Positions 24,152 to 35,360 of a stretch of DNA of 64,000 nt are shown one piece after another (positions within the stretch are counted from its first letter, which is position 1; every line of letters begins with the position of its first letter). The notes under the pieces were generated by a model. That model ran no database searches. It saw nothing but the letters and a program-made list of their open reading frames with translations, and had not been told where the DNA came from. Location of the stretch: assembly GCF_963921235.1 (NCBI RefSeq), contig NC_086128.1, positions 15,562,001-15,626,000 on the forward strand. The letters run 5' to 3'. The position numbers and the translations under genes were made by a program. The DNA is from Mobula hypostoma (Eukaryota).

Positions 24152-27100
24152 CTTTTCAATATGTTATCACTTGAATTGTTGGTTGCTTTAAAATAAGAAA
24201 TAAACAAGACTACCTTCAAATGGATCTGTTTCATGATTCTTTATCTCCTTATTGCTCACATCATTTTCAATCAAACATGAAAGATGTCTTTTCTTCCATC
24301 AAAATTTGTTGTTTTTTATTTACCACATTTCCTGAACTGAAAATCATGCAGAGCAAAATTTTTTTTTCCCTGTTTTTTTCAGCTCCCATTTTAGATTGTA
24401 GCTTACCTTTAACATGTGTCACAATTTCTGATTTTTCACCTCATAATTAGTATATACATATATTTCTTTTATTCAATGATTCCTGGAATGTTCTTTATAT
24501 GGCTGTCATTATGTAAGAAACCAAACAGTAAAGGGTTTGAGGGTTCTTAGTTTACTTGAAGAAACAAGGTTAAAGCCATACTGTAAACACCCATGAACAT
24601 CAATATCACTCTCAGATTACAGTTCATAGAAAGCAAAGCTACCTGGTTCCTTCTCCTCAAGAAAAATACATGGAATGTGGTAGTAAAGTTTGAATAGAAA
24701 ATATGAGTGGGATTGGGTTCTTTAGTTTCTCACACTTGTTCCATCACTCAGTAACATGATGGTCAATCATATACCTCTGTACCACATCTCTGCACGGTAA
24801 TCCTAGATTCTTTAACATCCAAAAATGAATGGACCTTTGTCTTGAATATAATCATTAACTAAACTTCCATAGGCCTTGCGGAAGAAGATGTGACTTGTAT
24901 TGATAACACTTTTGATAATATTTTAAAGATTTTGGTGTTCAATTATATTTAAAGAAACCTCAAAGCATCTCTCTCTAACAATTAAAGGTTTCTCATTCAG
25001 ACAGGAACAGGTGCAGCACATGGAAAATGCTGGAGGAACTCAGCAGGTCAGGTTGTATCCATGGAGGGAAATGATGTTCCGGGCTAACTGGGGACAATAG
25101 ACAATAGGTGCAGGAGTAGGCCATTCGGCCCTTTGAGCCAGCACTGACATTCACTGTGATCATGGCTGATCATCCGCAATTAGTACCTTGTTCCTGCCTT
25201 TTCCCCATATCCCTTGACTCCACTATCATTAAGAGCTCTATCTAAATCTTTCTTGAAAGCATCCAGAGAATTGGCCTCCACTGCCTTCTGAGGCAGAGCA
25301 TTCCACAGATCCACAACTCTCGGTGAAAAAGTTTTTCCTCAACTCCGTTCCAAATGGCCTACCCCCATTCTCAAATTATGGCCTCTGGTTCTGGACTCCC
25401 CCAACATTGGGAACATGATTCCTGCCTCTAGCGTGCCCAATCCCTTAATAATCTTATATGTTTCAATCAGATCCCCTCTCGTCCTTCTAAATTCCAGAGT
25501 ATACAAGCCCAGTCGCTCCAATCTTTCAACATATGACAGTCCTGCCATCCCGGGAATTAACCTTGTGAACCTACGCTGCACTCCCTCAATAGCAAGAATA
25601 TCCTTCCTCAAATTTATAGACCAAAACTGTACACAATACTCCAGGTGTGGTCTCACTAGGGCCCTGTACAACTGCAGAAGGACCTCTTTGCTCCTATACT
25701 CAACTCCCCTTGTTATGAAGGCCAACATGCCATTAGCTTTCTTCACTGCCTGCTGTACTTGCATGCATACTTTCAATGACTGATGAACAAGGACACCAAG
25801 ATCTCGTTGTACTTCCCCTTTTCCTAACTTGACATCATTCAAATAGTAATCTGCCTTCCTGTTCTTGCCACCAAAGTGGATAACCTCACATTTATCCACA
25901 TTAAACTGCATCTGCCATGCATCTGCCCACTCACCCAGCCTGTCCAAGTCACCCTGCATTCTCATAACATCCTCCTCACATTTCACACTGCCACCCAGCT
26001 TTGTGTCATCTGCAAATTTGCTAATGTTACTTTTAATCCCTTCATCTAAATCATTAATATATATTGTAAACAGCTGTGGTCCCAGCACTGAACCCTGCGG
26101 TACCCCACTAGTCACCGCCTGCCATCCTGAAAGGGACCCGTTAATCCCTACTCTTTGTTTCCTGTCTGCCAACCAATTTTCTATCCATGTCAGTACCCAT
26201 GTGGGACCTTATCAAAGGCTTTCTGAAAGTCCAGGTACACTACATCCACTGGCTCTCCCTTGTCCATTTTCATAGTTACATCCTCAAAAAATTCCAGAAG
26301 ATTAGTCAAGCATGATTACCCCTTCGTAGATCCATGCTGACTCTGACCAATCCTGTTACTGCCATCCAAATGTGCTGCTATTTAGACATAGACATAGACA
26401 TACTTTATTGATCCCGAGGGAAATTGGGTTTCATTACAGCTGCGCCAACCAAGAATAGAGCATAAATATAGCAATACAAAACCACAAACAATCAAACAAC
26501 AATATGCAAACTATGCCAGATGGAAATAAGTCCAGGACCAGCCCATTGGCTCAGGGTGTCTGACCCTCCACGGGAGGAGCTGCAAAGTCCGATGGCCAGA
26601 GGCAGGAACAACCAGTGTTGCATCTCGGTGGAATATGGCCGGAGTCCAACAGCAAAAAGTTCAATATCCGGGCTACAAACACGTTCCTTGATTGTAATAT
26701 GACCAGGATTGCACCATCTGTTGTTAACCAGAACAGCAAGCCCCCCTTCCTTTATGCTTACCGCTCTCAGTGCACCTCCGGTCAGCCCAAACGGTCTGGA
26801 AGCCCTCCATGGAAAGGTTTTGGTCGGGTATGTCCATGTGCAGCCACGTTTCAGTAAAACACATAACACTGCACTCCCGAAATGTTCTCTGACTCCTGGC
26901 TAGTGCCGTGAACTCGTCCATTTTATTACCCAGCAATCCCACATTGCCCATAATGAGAAAGAGAAGACACGGCTTATAACTCCTCTTCTCCATAAGTCTC
27001 TGTTGTCTCGACCTGGTCCTCTTTCCTCGCCTTTGTGATCCCCCTCTGCATCCTCTGTGTGTTTTCCTCCAGATTTCAGCAGGGGTGTCCGCCGCTCTGT

Positions 27101-27227
27101 TCACTAAACCGGCCGGCATAAACTCAATCAGCTGGTCCCTAGAATAAACAATGTGAACATACTAACAACACACATCAAAGTTGCTGGTGAACGCAGCAGG
27201 CCAAGCAGCATCTGTAGGAAGAGGTGC

Positions 27228-27263
27228 AGTCGATGTTTCAGGCTGAGACCCTTCGTCAGGACT
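27228..27263 (-). ncRNA. Minimal hammerhead ribozyme motif (Penelope), GAAACAUC variant
   Basis: Minus strand reads AGUC-CUGACGA-AGGGUCUCAGCCU-GAAAC-AUC-GACU. Confidence 0.65.
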
Positions 27264-29189
27264 AACTGAAGGAAGAGTGAGTAAGGGATTTGAAAGTTGG
27301 AGGGAGAGGGGGAGATCCAAAATGATAGGAGAAGACAGGAGGGGGAGGGATGGAGCCAAGAGCTGGACAGGTGATAGGCAAAAGGGATATGAGAGGATCA
27401 TGGGACAGGAGGTCCGGGAAGAAAGACAAGGGGGGGGTACCCAGAGGATGGGCAAGAGGTATATTCAGAGGGACAGAGGGAGAAAAAGGAGAGTGAGAGA
27501 AAGAATGTGTGCATAAAAATAAGTAACAGATGGGGTACGAGGGGGAGGTGGGGCCTTAGCGGAAGTTAGAGAAGTCGATGTTCATGCCATCAGGTTGGAG
27601 GCTACCCAGACGGAATATAAGGTGTTGTTCCTCCAACCTGAGTGTGGCTTCATCTTTACAGTAGAGGAGGCCATGGATAGACATGTCAGAATGGGAATGA
27701 GATGTGGAATTAAAATGTGTGGCCACTGGGAGATCCTGCTTTCTCTGACGGACAGAGCGTAGATGTTCAGCAAAGCGGTCTCCCAGTCTGCGTCGGGTCT
27801 CGCCAATATATAAAAGGCCACATCGGGAGCACCGGACGTAGTATATCACCCCAGTCGACTCACAGGTGAAGTGTTGCCTCACCTGGAAGGACTGTTTGGG
27901 GCCCTGAATGGTGGTAAGGGAGGAAGTGTAAGGGCATGTGTAGCACTTGTTCCGCTTACACGGATAAGTGCCAGGAGGGAGATTAGTGGGGAGGGATGGG
28001 GGGGACGAATGGACAAGGGAGTTGCGTAGGGAGCGATCCCTGCAGAATGCAGTGGGGGGGGGAGGGAAAGATGTGCTTAGTGGTGGGATCCCGTTGGAGG
28101 TGGCGGAAGTTGCGGAGAATAATATGTTGGACTCGGAGGCTGGTGGGGTGGTAGGTGAGGACCAGGGGAACCCTATTCCTAGTGGGGTGGCGGGAGGATG
28201 GAGTGAGAGCAGATGTACGTGAAATGGGGGAGATGCGTTTAAGAGCAGAGTTGATAGTGGAGGAAGGGAAGCCCCTTTCTTTAAAAAAGGAAGACATCTC
28301 CCTCGTCCAAGAATGAAAAGCCTCATCCTGAGAGCAGATGCGGCGGAGACGGAGGAATTGCGAGAAGGGGATGGCATTTTTGCAAGAGACAGGGTGAGAA
28401 GAGGAATAGTCCAGATAGCTGTGAGAGTCAGTAGGCTTATAGTAACTGTGAGAGTCAGTAGGCTTATAGTATGGGTCCTAGCTATGCCTGCCTTTTTGTT
28501 GGGTTTGTGGAACAATCTATGTTCCGTGCCTATTCTGGTATCTGTCCCCCACTTTTCCTTCGCTACATCAACGACTGCATTGGCGCTGCTTCCTGCACGC
28601 ATGCAGAACTCGTTGACTTTATTAACTTTGCCTCCAACTTTCACCCTGCCCTCAAGTTTACCTGGTCCATTTCCGACACCTCCCTCCCCTTTCTAGATCT
28701 TTCTGTCTCTGTCTCTGGAGACAGTTTATCCACTGATGTCCACATCCCATTCCCATTCTGACATGTCTATCCACGGCCTCCTCTATTATAAAGATGAAGC
28801 CACACTCAGGTTGGAGGAACAACACGTTATATTCCGTCTGGGTAGCCTCCAACCTGATGGCATGAACATCGACTTCTCTAATTTCCGCTAAGGCCCCACC
28901 TCCCCCTCGTACCCCATCTGTTACTTATTTTTATGCACACATTCTTTCTCTCACTCTCCTTTTTCTCCCTCTGTCCCTCTGACTATACCCCTTGCCCATC
29001 GTCTGGGTTTCCCCCCTCCCCCTTTTCCTTCTCCCTGGGCCTCCTGTCCCATGATCCTCTCATATCCCTTTTGCCAATCACCTGTCCAGCTCTTGGCTCC
29101 ATCCCTCCCCCTCCTGTCTTCTCCTATCATTTCAGATCTCCCCCTCCCCCTCCCACTTTCAAATCTCTTACTAACTCTTCCTTCAGTTC

Positions 29190-29223
29190 GTCCTGACGAA
29201 GGGTCTGGGCCTGAAACGTCGAC
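29190..29223 (+). ncRNA. Minimal type I hammerhead ribozyme motif with intact core
   Basis: GUC-CUGACGA-AGGGUCUGGGCCU-GAAAC-GUC-GAC; predicted cleavage after C29220. Confidence 0.75.
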
Positions 29224-31102
29224 TGTACCTCTTCCTAGAGATGCTGCCTGGCCTGCTGCGTTCACCAGCAACTTTGATGTGTGTTGCTTGAATTTCCAGC
29301 ATCTGCAGAATTCCTGTTGTTTGAATGTGACCATACTGCTGCTCCGCTAATGAAACGTGTCCGAATGTAACTATTTCCAGCGCTAAAAACCCAAATAAAA
29401 CTCTCTCCACCAGCATGTTAGAGAGGGTGAGGCTTCAACGCATTACCGTGAAAAAAAAACAGCAAATAAGTTAAGAAAGTAAGAAGAAAAAAGTAAGAAA
29501 ACTAGTTGGAGCAGCTGTAACAGGCTGCATGCACGACCTGCATCCTTTACAATTGACTCCAGCATCTTCCCCACTACTGATGTCAGGCTAGTTGGTCTAT
29601 AATTCCCTGTTTTCTCTCCCTCCTTTCTTAAAAAGTGGAATAACATTAGCTACCCTGCAGTCCTCAGGAACTGATCCTGAATCTATAGAACATTGGAAAA
29701 TAATTACCAATGTGTCCACGATTTCTAAAGCCACCTCCTTAAGGACCCTGGGGTGCAGACCATCAGGTCCTGGGGATTTATCAGCCTTCAGTCCCATCAG
29801 TCTATCCAACACCATTTTCTTCCTAATGTGAATCTCCTTCAGTTCCTCCGTTACCCTAGGTCCTTTGGCCACTATTACATCTGGGAGATTGTTTGTGTCT
29901 TCTCTAGTGAAGACAGATCCAAAGTACCTGTTCAACTCGTCTGCTATTTCCTTGTTCCCTATAATAAATTCACCCACTTCTGTCTTCAAGGGCCCAATTT
30001 TGGTCTTAACTATTTTTTTCCTTTTCACTTACCTAAAGAAGCTTTTACTATCCTCCTTTATATTCTTGGCTAGTTTACCTTCGTACCTCATTTTTTCTCC
30101 GCGTATTGCCTTTTTAGTTATCCTCTGTTGCTCCTTAAAAGTTTCCCAATCCTCTGGCTTCCCGCTCATCTTTGCTATGTTATACTTCTTCTCTTATATT
30201 TTTATACTATCCTTGACTTCCCTTGTCAGCCACGGTCGCCCCTTACTCCCCTTAGAATCTTTCTTCCTCTTTGGAATGAACTGATCCTGCACCTTCTGTA
30301 TTATTCCCAGAAATACCTGCCATTGTTGTTCCACTGTCATCCCTGCTCGGGTATCTTTCCAGTCAACTTTGGCCAGCTCCTCCCTCATGGCTCCATAGTC
30401 CCCTTTGTTCAACGGCAATACTGACACTTCCGATTTTCCCTTCTCCCTCTCAAATTGTAGATTAAAACTTATCATATTATGGTCACTACCTCCTAATGGC
30501 TCCTTTACCTCGAGTTCCCTTATCAAATCCAGTTCATTACACAACACTAGATCCAGAATTGCCTTCTCCCTGGTAGGCTCTAATACAAGCTGCTCTAAGA
30601 ATCCATCTCTGAGGCACTCCACAAACTCCCTTTCTTGGGGTCCAGTACCAACCTGATTTTCCCAGTCTACCTGCATGTTAAAATCCCCATAACAACCGTA
30701 GCATTACCTTTGCGACATGCCAATCATAGCTCTTGATTCAACTTGCACCCTATATCCAGGCTATTGTTTGGGGACAATACACTTTAGCATCGATAAAGGA
30801 TTGACTAAATCACAAGGAAAAGAGAGTAAGGATAACTAGGTTGTTTTAAGGTTGACGAAAGAGTGGGGTGCCATAAAAATCAATGCTGGAACTTCAACCA
30901 TTTAAAATTTAAGTCAATAGACGAAGATAACCAAGTATATGATAGCCAAATTTGCTGATGATATAAAGATGAGTGAGAAAACCAGTTGTGAGCAGAGTAC
31001 AAAAGGGTAAGTTGGTAAAATCTTGGCTGACTGAGTATAATGTAGGGAAATGTGAGGCTATCCAAATGGACAGGAAGAGCAGAAAATCAGAATATTGCTT
31101 AA

Positions 31103-31460
31103 ATCACAAGATCACAAGATCACAAGACAAAGGAGCGCCGCAGCTCCCCCATGAGCTAAACTATTCACCCATCCAGTTCCAATTTCCGGCTTTTTCCCCA
31201 TATCCCTTGATACCCTGACTAATTAGATACCTGTCAATCTCCTCCTTAAACACCTTCAATGATTGGGCCTCCACAGCTGTATGTGGCAACGAATTCCACA
31301 AATCCAGGACCCTCTGGCTAAAAAAATTTCTCCTCATCTCTGTTTTAACTGGGTACCCTCTAATTCTAAGACTATGGCCTCTTGTCCTGGACTCACCCAC
31401 CAAGGGAAACAACCTTTCCACATCCACTCTGTCCAACCCTTTCAACATTCGAAATGTTTC
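31103..31460 (-). mobile_element. CR1 3' end with (tcttgtga)n tail, inside an older plus-strand CR1 (about 30790-32390)
   Basis: [35 protein letters not shown]. Confidence 0.85.
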
Positions 31461-31660
31461 TGGAGCAAGATGGAGCAAGAATACAGACTGTTGCTGTATA
31501 ATGAGAATCGTGTGTCCTTGGAGATGAATCACGGAGTTACAAGCGGGCAGGCGGGTACCATAAGTAATTAAAAGAAAACTTGGGGTTTGGTCTGGATTGT
31601 AGACATATAGAAGGATGTACAGAAGTAGAGAAGTCCCGCTACAGCCATAAAGGGCATGTA

Positions 31661-32210
31661 CATTTAGTGGCCACTTTATTAGCTACCGCCTGTACCTGAT
31701 AAAGTGGCCACTGAGTGTACGTTCGTGGCCTTCTGTTGCTGTAGCCCATCCACTTCACTTCGAAGTGTTGTGCATTCAGAGACGCTTTTCTGCATGCCAT
31801 TGTTATAACGTGTGTTTCTTTGAGTTACTGTCGCCTTTCTGTCAGCTTAAACCATTCTCCTCTGACCTCTCTCGTTAACAAGATAATTTTGCCCATAGAA
31901 CTGCCATTCACTGGATGCTTTTGTGTTTTTACACCATTCTCTGCAAACTCTAGAGATTGTCGTTCGTGAAAATCCTGGGAGATCATCAGTTTCTGAGATA
32001 CTCAAACCATCCTGTCTGGCACCAACAATTATTCCATGGTCAAAGATCACATTTCTTCTCTGTTCTGATGTTTGGTCTGAACAACAACAGAACCTCTTGA
32101 CCATATCTATGTGGTTTTATGCATTGAGTTGCTGCCACACGATTGGCTGATTGGATATTTTTATTAACAAGCCGGTGTACAGGTGTACCTAATAAAGGAG
32201 CCACTGAATG
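31661..32210 (-). mobile_element. Non-autonomous Tc1 derivative
   Basis: TA-flanked TIRs, HTH remnant GIIVGARQDGLSISET, extra internal TIR at about 31695-31717. Confidence 0.85.
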
Positions 32211-32394
32211 TAAAAGCAAATGTAGTTTTTGTAAAACTTAGTAAAACATTGGTTAGAAAACAACTCAAGTGGTATGTGCAAATCTGGTCACCACACTATA
32301 GTAAGGATGTGATTGCAGAGGAGAATCACCAGGATGTTGCCTGGAATGAAGCATTTTAGTTATAAAAGAGAGATTGGATAGATTGGGATAGCAC

Positions 32395-32890
32395 ATGGAG
32401 ATGTCCATGGGAGAATGCTGCCGACTGGCACACTCTCGCCTGCAGGAGTACGTGCAGAGGGATGCACTCAAACTTGGTGCGGCCACCGCAAAGGCCCGGT
32501 GGGGAAGGACCACAGTTTAAGGTTCATCACCCGTGGGAGTGGGAGGGGTTGGGTGGGGAGGAGACTAACCCTCATCAGCGGTGTGGACAGATAATCAACA
32601 TGGTGCCCAAGGAGTGGGTGGAATTGTTAATTTGGGAAAGTATTAGAGCCATTGTCTGCCTTTATTGTTGATAATTTGATTGTTAATAAGTCTTAACTCT
32701 TGACTAAGGGTTGAGACTAAATGCATGGTTTATTGTAAACATCTTTCATTTGTAAATGAACAGAGAGTCAACGCAAAATTTTTATTGTTAATAACTTTAT
32801 TGAATTAGGACTCACAGTCAACGACTGTTTTTTTTCTTGTATGTAATTATTTTTATTTTGTAATATTTCTGAATATTTTTGGAAAAAAAA
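32395..32890 (+). mobile_element. Tx1/L1-type LINE 3' end
   Basis: Reads EMSMGECCRLAHSRLQEYVQRDALKLGAATAKARWGRTTV*, then a T-rich 3' UTR and an A-tail. Confidence 0.6.
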
Positions 32891-33059
32891 ATTTTCTTGG
32901 AGCAGAGGTGGCTGAGGGACATATGTACAACTAAAATTATAGATGGGGTGAATAGAAGGAAACTTTTACCTATTTCTAAGGTAGTATTTATGTAGAGGTT
33001 GCATGTTGTCTGTGTGATGATGCAGGTTGCGGCTGTGTGGCCTGGCTTCCCCCACAGAC

Positions 33060-34790
33060 ATAGATGTACCAGAGGGTGGGGACCAGGGCTCTGGCACCGA
33101 CTCTGGTGCTGTGGCTCAGAAGGCAAGGGGGGAGAAGAGGACCGTAGTAGTGATTGGGTATTCCATAGTTAGAGCAGTAGATATCAAAACGTTCGGATAT
33201 GGCCCAAGTGTAGGGAAAGAGAAACTGAAGCGGGTTGATAGTTCACAGACTTTAAAGCAAGCAGGATCTTAAAGGGAAAGAAAGCAATAAACGCTGGGCC
33301 AAACAGGGCCATTTACTAGAACTCTCAAATGGAAAACGAGATGCTAACTCTGTGGCTGAAAGGAATATCTAAATATAAAACGAGTAGCGCCAGTCTCCAG
33401 AGTCAATCGAATCGATAGCCCACTTTCTCAGGCCAGGCCAAATGTAAGCAGACAGTATAACGTTGCTGTGCTTTGCTCAAGTCTCGACAAAACTACAACA
33501 AAAAGAAGGGAGTTAAGTACCACCATAATGAAATAGTAATTAACTGACACGTGCATATTCATGAGTGCCATTGTGAAATTTGCTGCGGCTGCCTGCGGGG
33601 GCGCGTAGACCCTACAGCAGAGTCCATGGTTGTGACAGTAGCTACAAGATTCTGTGGATGCAATAGAGATGCCCAAATGGTAAATTGCCTCCCTGGTGCC
33701 AGGGTCAGGGATGTATAATATCGGGTCAACAGCATTCTAAATGGGGAGTGTGAGCAGTCAGAGATCTTGGTACATATTGGCACTATTGACTTTGGAAGGA
33801 AAAGTGAGGAGATTCTCAAGAGAGAATATAGTGAGCTAGCTAGAAAGCTGAAAAGCAGGACTTCAAGGGTAGTGGTCTCTAGATTGCTGCCCCAGTGAGG
33901 GTAAGAATTGGATAATTTGGAAGATGAATGCATTGCTGAGAAACTGGTGCAGGGGGCATGGCTTCAAATTTTTGGATCATTGAGATCTCTTCTGGGGAAA
34001 GTATGACTTGTACAAAAGGGACCATTACACTTGAACTGTTTGGGGACCGATATCCTTACAGGCAGGTTTGCCAGAGCTATTGGCGACTTTTTAAACTAAT
34101 TGGGCAGGGGTATGGGAACCGGAGTGATAGGGCTGAGCGTGGGGGCTGTTGGTATACAAGCAGAGGCAGTGTGTGGTGAGACTGTCAGAGAGAACAGGCA
34201 GATGATAGGGCAAAATTGCAGTCAGTGGAATGAGTTGGAGTGTAACAATGGAGCAAAATTGAAAAGGGTGATGAATACAGGACTGAAGATGTTATATTTG
34301 AATGCACGCAGTGCACAGAGAAAGGTCAATGATCTTGTAGTGCGGTTAGAGATTGGCAGGTACGACATTGTGGGCATCGCTGAGTGGTGGCTGTAAGAAG
34401 ATTATAAGAACTTAACATTCAAGGATACACATTGTATCGAATGGACAGACAGGTAGGGAGGCAGAGGGGTGGTGTGGCTCTTCATGAAAAATGAAATCAA
34501 ATCTTTAGAAAGATGTGACATAGGATCAGAAAATGTAGAATCCTTGTGGGTTGAGTTAAGAAACTGCAAGGATAAAAAGATCCTGATGGGAGTTTAATAC
34601 AGGTTTCCAAACAGTAGCCAGGATGTAAGCTACAAGTTACAACGGAAGGCAGAAAATGCATGGATTTCAATATGCAGGTAGATTGGGAAAATCAGTTGGT
34701 ACTGGATCCCAAGAGAGATCATTTGTAGAATACCTAAAATATTGCTTTTTAGAGCAGTTCGTGGTTGAGCCCACAAGGGGATCAGCTATT
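33060..34790 (+). mobile_element. Degenerate CR1 5' region: ORF1 SGNH esterase and ORF2 APE start
   Basis: VVVIGYSIVR, CLPGARVRDV, LVHIGTIDFG (SGNH blocks), then LYLNARS..YDIVGIAEWWL. The RT part resumes at 35360-35860. Confidence 0.8.
33182..33637. mobile_element. Solo LTR inserted in CR1 ORF1
   Basis: TATCA (decayed TGTCA)...TGACA ends, flanks GTAGA/GTAGC; CR1 ORF1 resumes afterwards. Confidence 0.6.
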
Positions 34791-34794
34791 CTGC

Positions 34795-35360
34795 ATCTGA
34801 CCAGAAATGCAAAGAATAGTGTTACTTACAAAATAACTGCGAATAAAAAGCAAGTGCTACAGCACACAAATATGAAAGTACTGAGACAGTACACTATGGG
34901 TGCAATACTGCTTAGCGCTGTGATGTGAGGTTCCGCAGGGTCACAGCTTCAAGGAAGAAGCTCTTCCTGTGCCTGCTGGTGCGGGAGCGGAGGCTCCTGT
35001 AGCACCTACCGGATGGGAGGAGAGTAAAAAGTCCATGGTTATGCTGAGATGCATCCCTGATAATGCTCTTCACCCTGCCCAGGCAGCGTTTATGGTAGAT
35101 GTTCTCAATGGTGGGCAATTGGGTGCTGATAATCCGCTGGACTGCTTTGCGGTCTGATACGGGACAATTGCCATACCACACTGAGATGCAGTTGGTGAGT
35201 ATGCTCTGAATGGTACAGCGGTAAAAGTCCTTCAGTATCCTGGGACAGAGGTGAGCTTTCTTGATGCTTCGCAGGAAATAAAGGCGCTGTTGCACCTTTT
35301 AGATCAAGATGGAGGGGTTCAGGGACCAGGTGAGATCCTCGGAAATGTGGATACCAAGGA
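34795..35360 (-). mobile_element. Rex1/Babar RT 3' fragment
   Basis: QQRLYFLRSIKK..FYRCTIQSILTNCISVWYGNC..LFTLLPSGRCYRSLRSRTSRHRKSFF. Confidence 0.85.

Larger units (their letters stand above)
27164..29323. mobile_element. Rearranged Penelope element with inverted termini
   Basis: Minus-strand thumb/GIY-YIG/pLTR (27164-28468), plus-strand RT core MGPSYACLF..FLRYINDC (28469-28740), plus-strand 3' end (28741-29323). 14-bp TSD AATGTGA(A/C)CATACT at 27150-27163 and 29324-29337. Confidence 0.92.
26383..29545 (-). mobile_element. Internally deleted Rex1/Babar LINE (5' UTR and APE start fused to the 3' end)
   Basis: APE motifs GNV..LGNKMDEF, CFTETWL, GGLAVLVNNRWC, joined at about 26630 to the ORF end FLPLAIGLCSSS and a (tatgtc)n tail. 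Continues past the Penelope insert. Confidence 0.8.
25100..30768 (-). mobile_element. CR1 LINE ORF2 (partial EN and RT), split by nested insertions at 26383-29545
   Basis: [59 protein letters not shown]. 11-bp TSD TGGGGACAATA at 25089-25099 and 30769-30779. Confidence 0.93.

Noticed and set aside
25339-26172. 277-aa ORF as a host gene
   Set aside because: It is CR1 reverse transcriptase in a truncated, interrupted element with a TSD.
27556-28644. 362-aa ORF, the longest in the window, as a novel nuclease
   Set aside because: Only the C-terminal part is real Penelope GIY-YIG. The N-terminus is antisense RT and off-frame sequence joined by rearrangement and frameshift.
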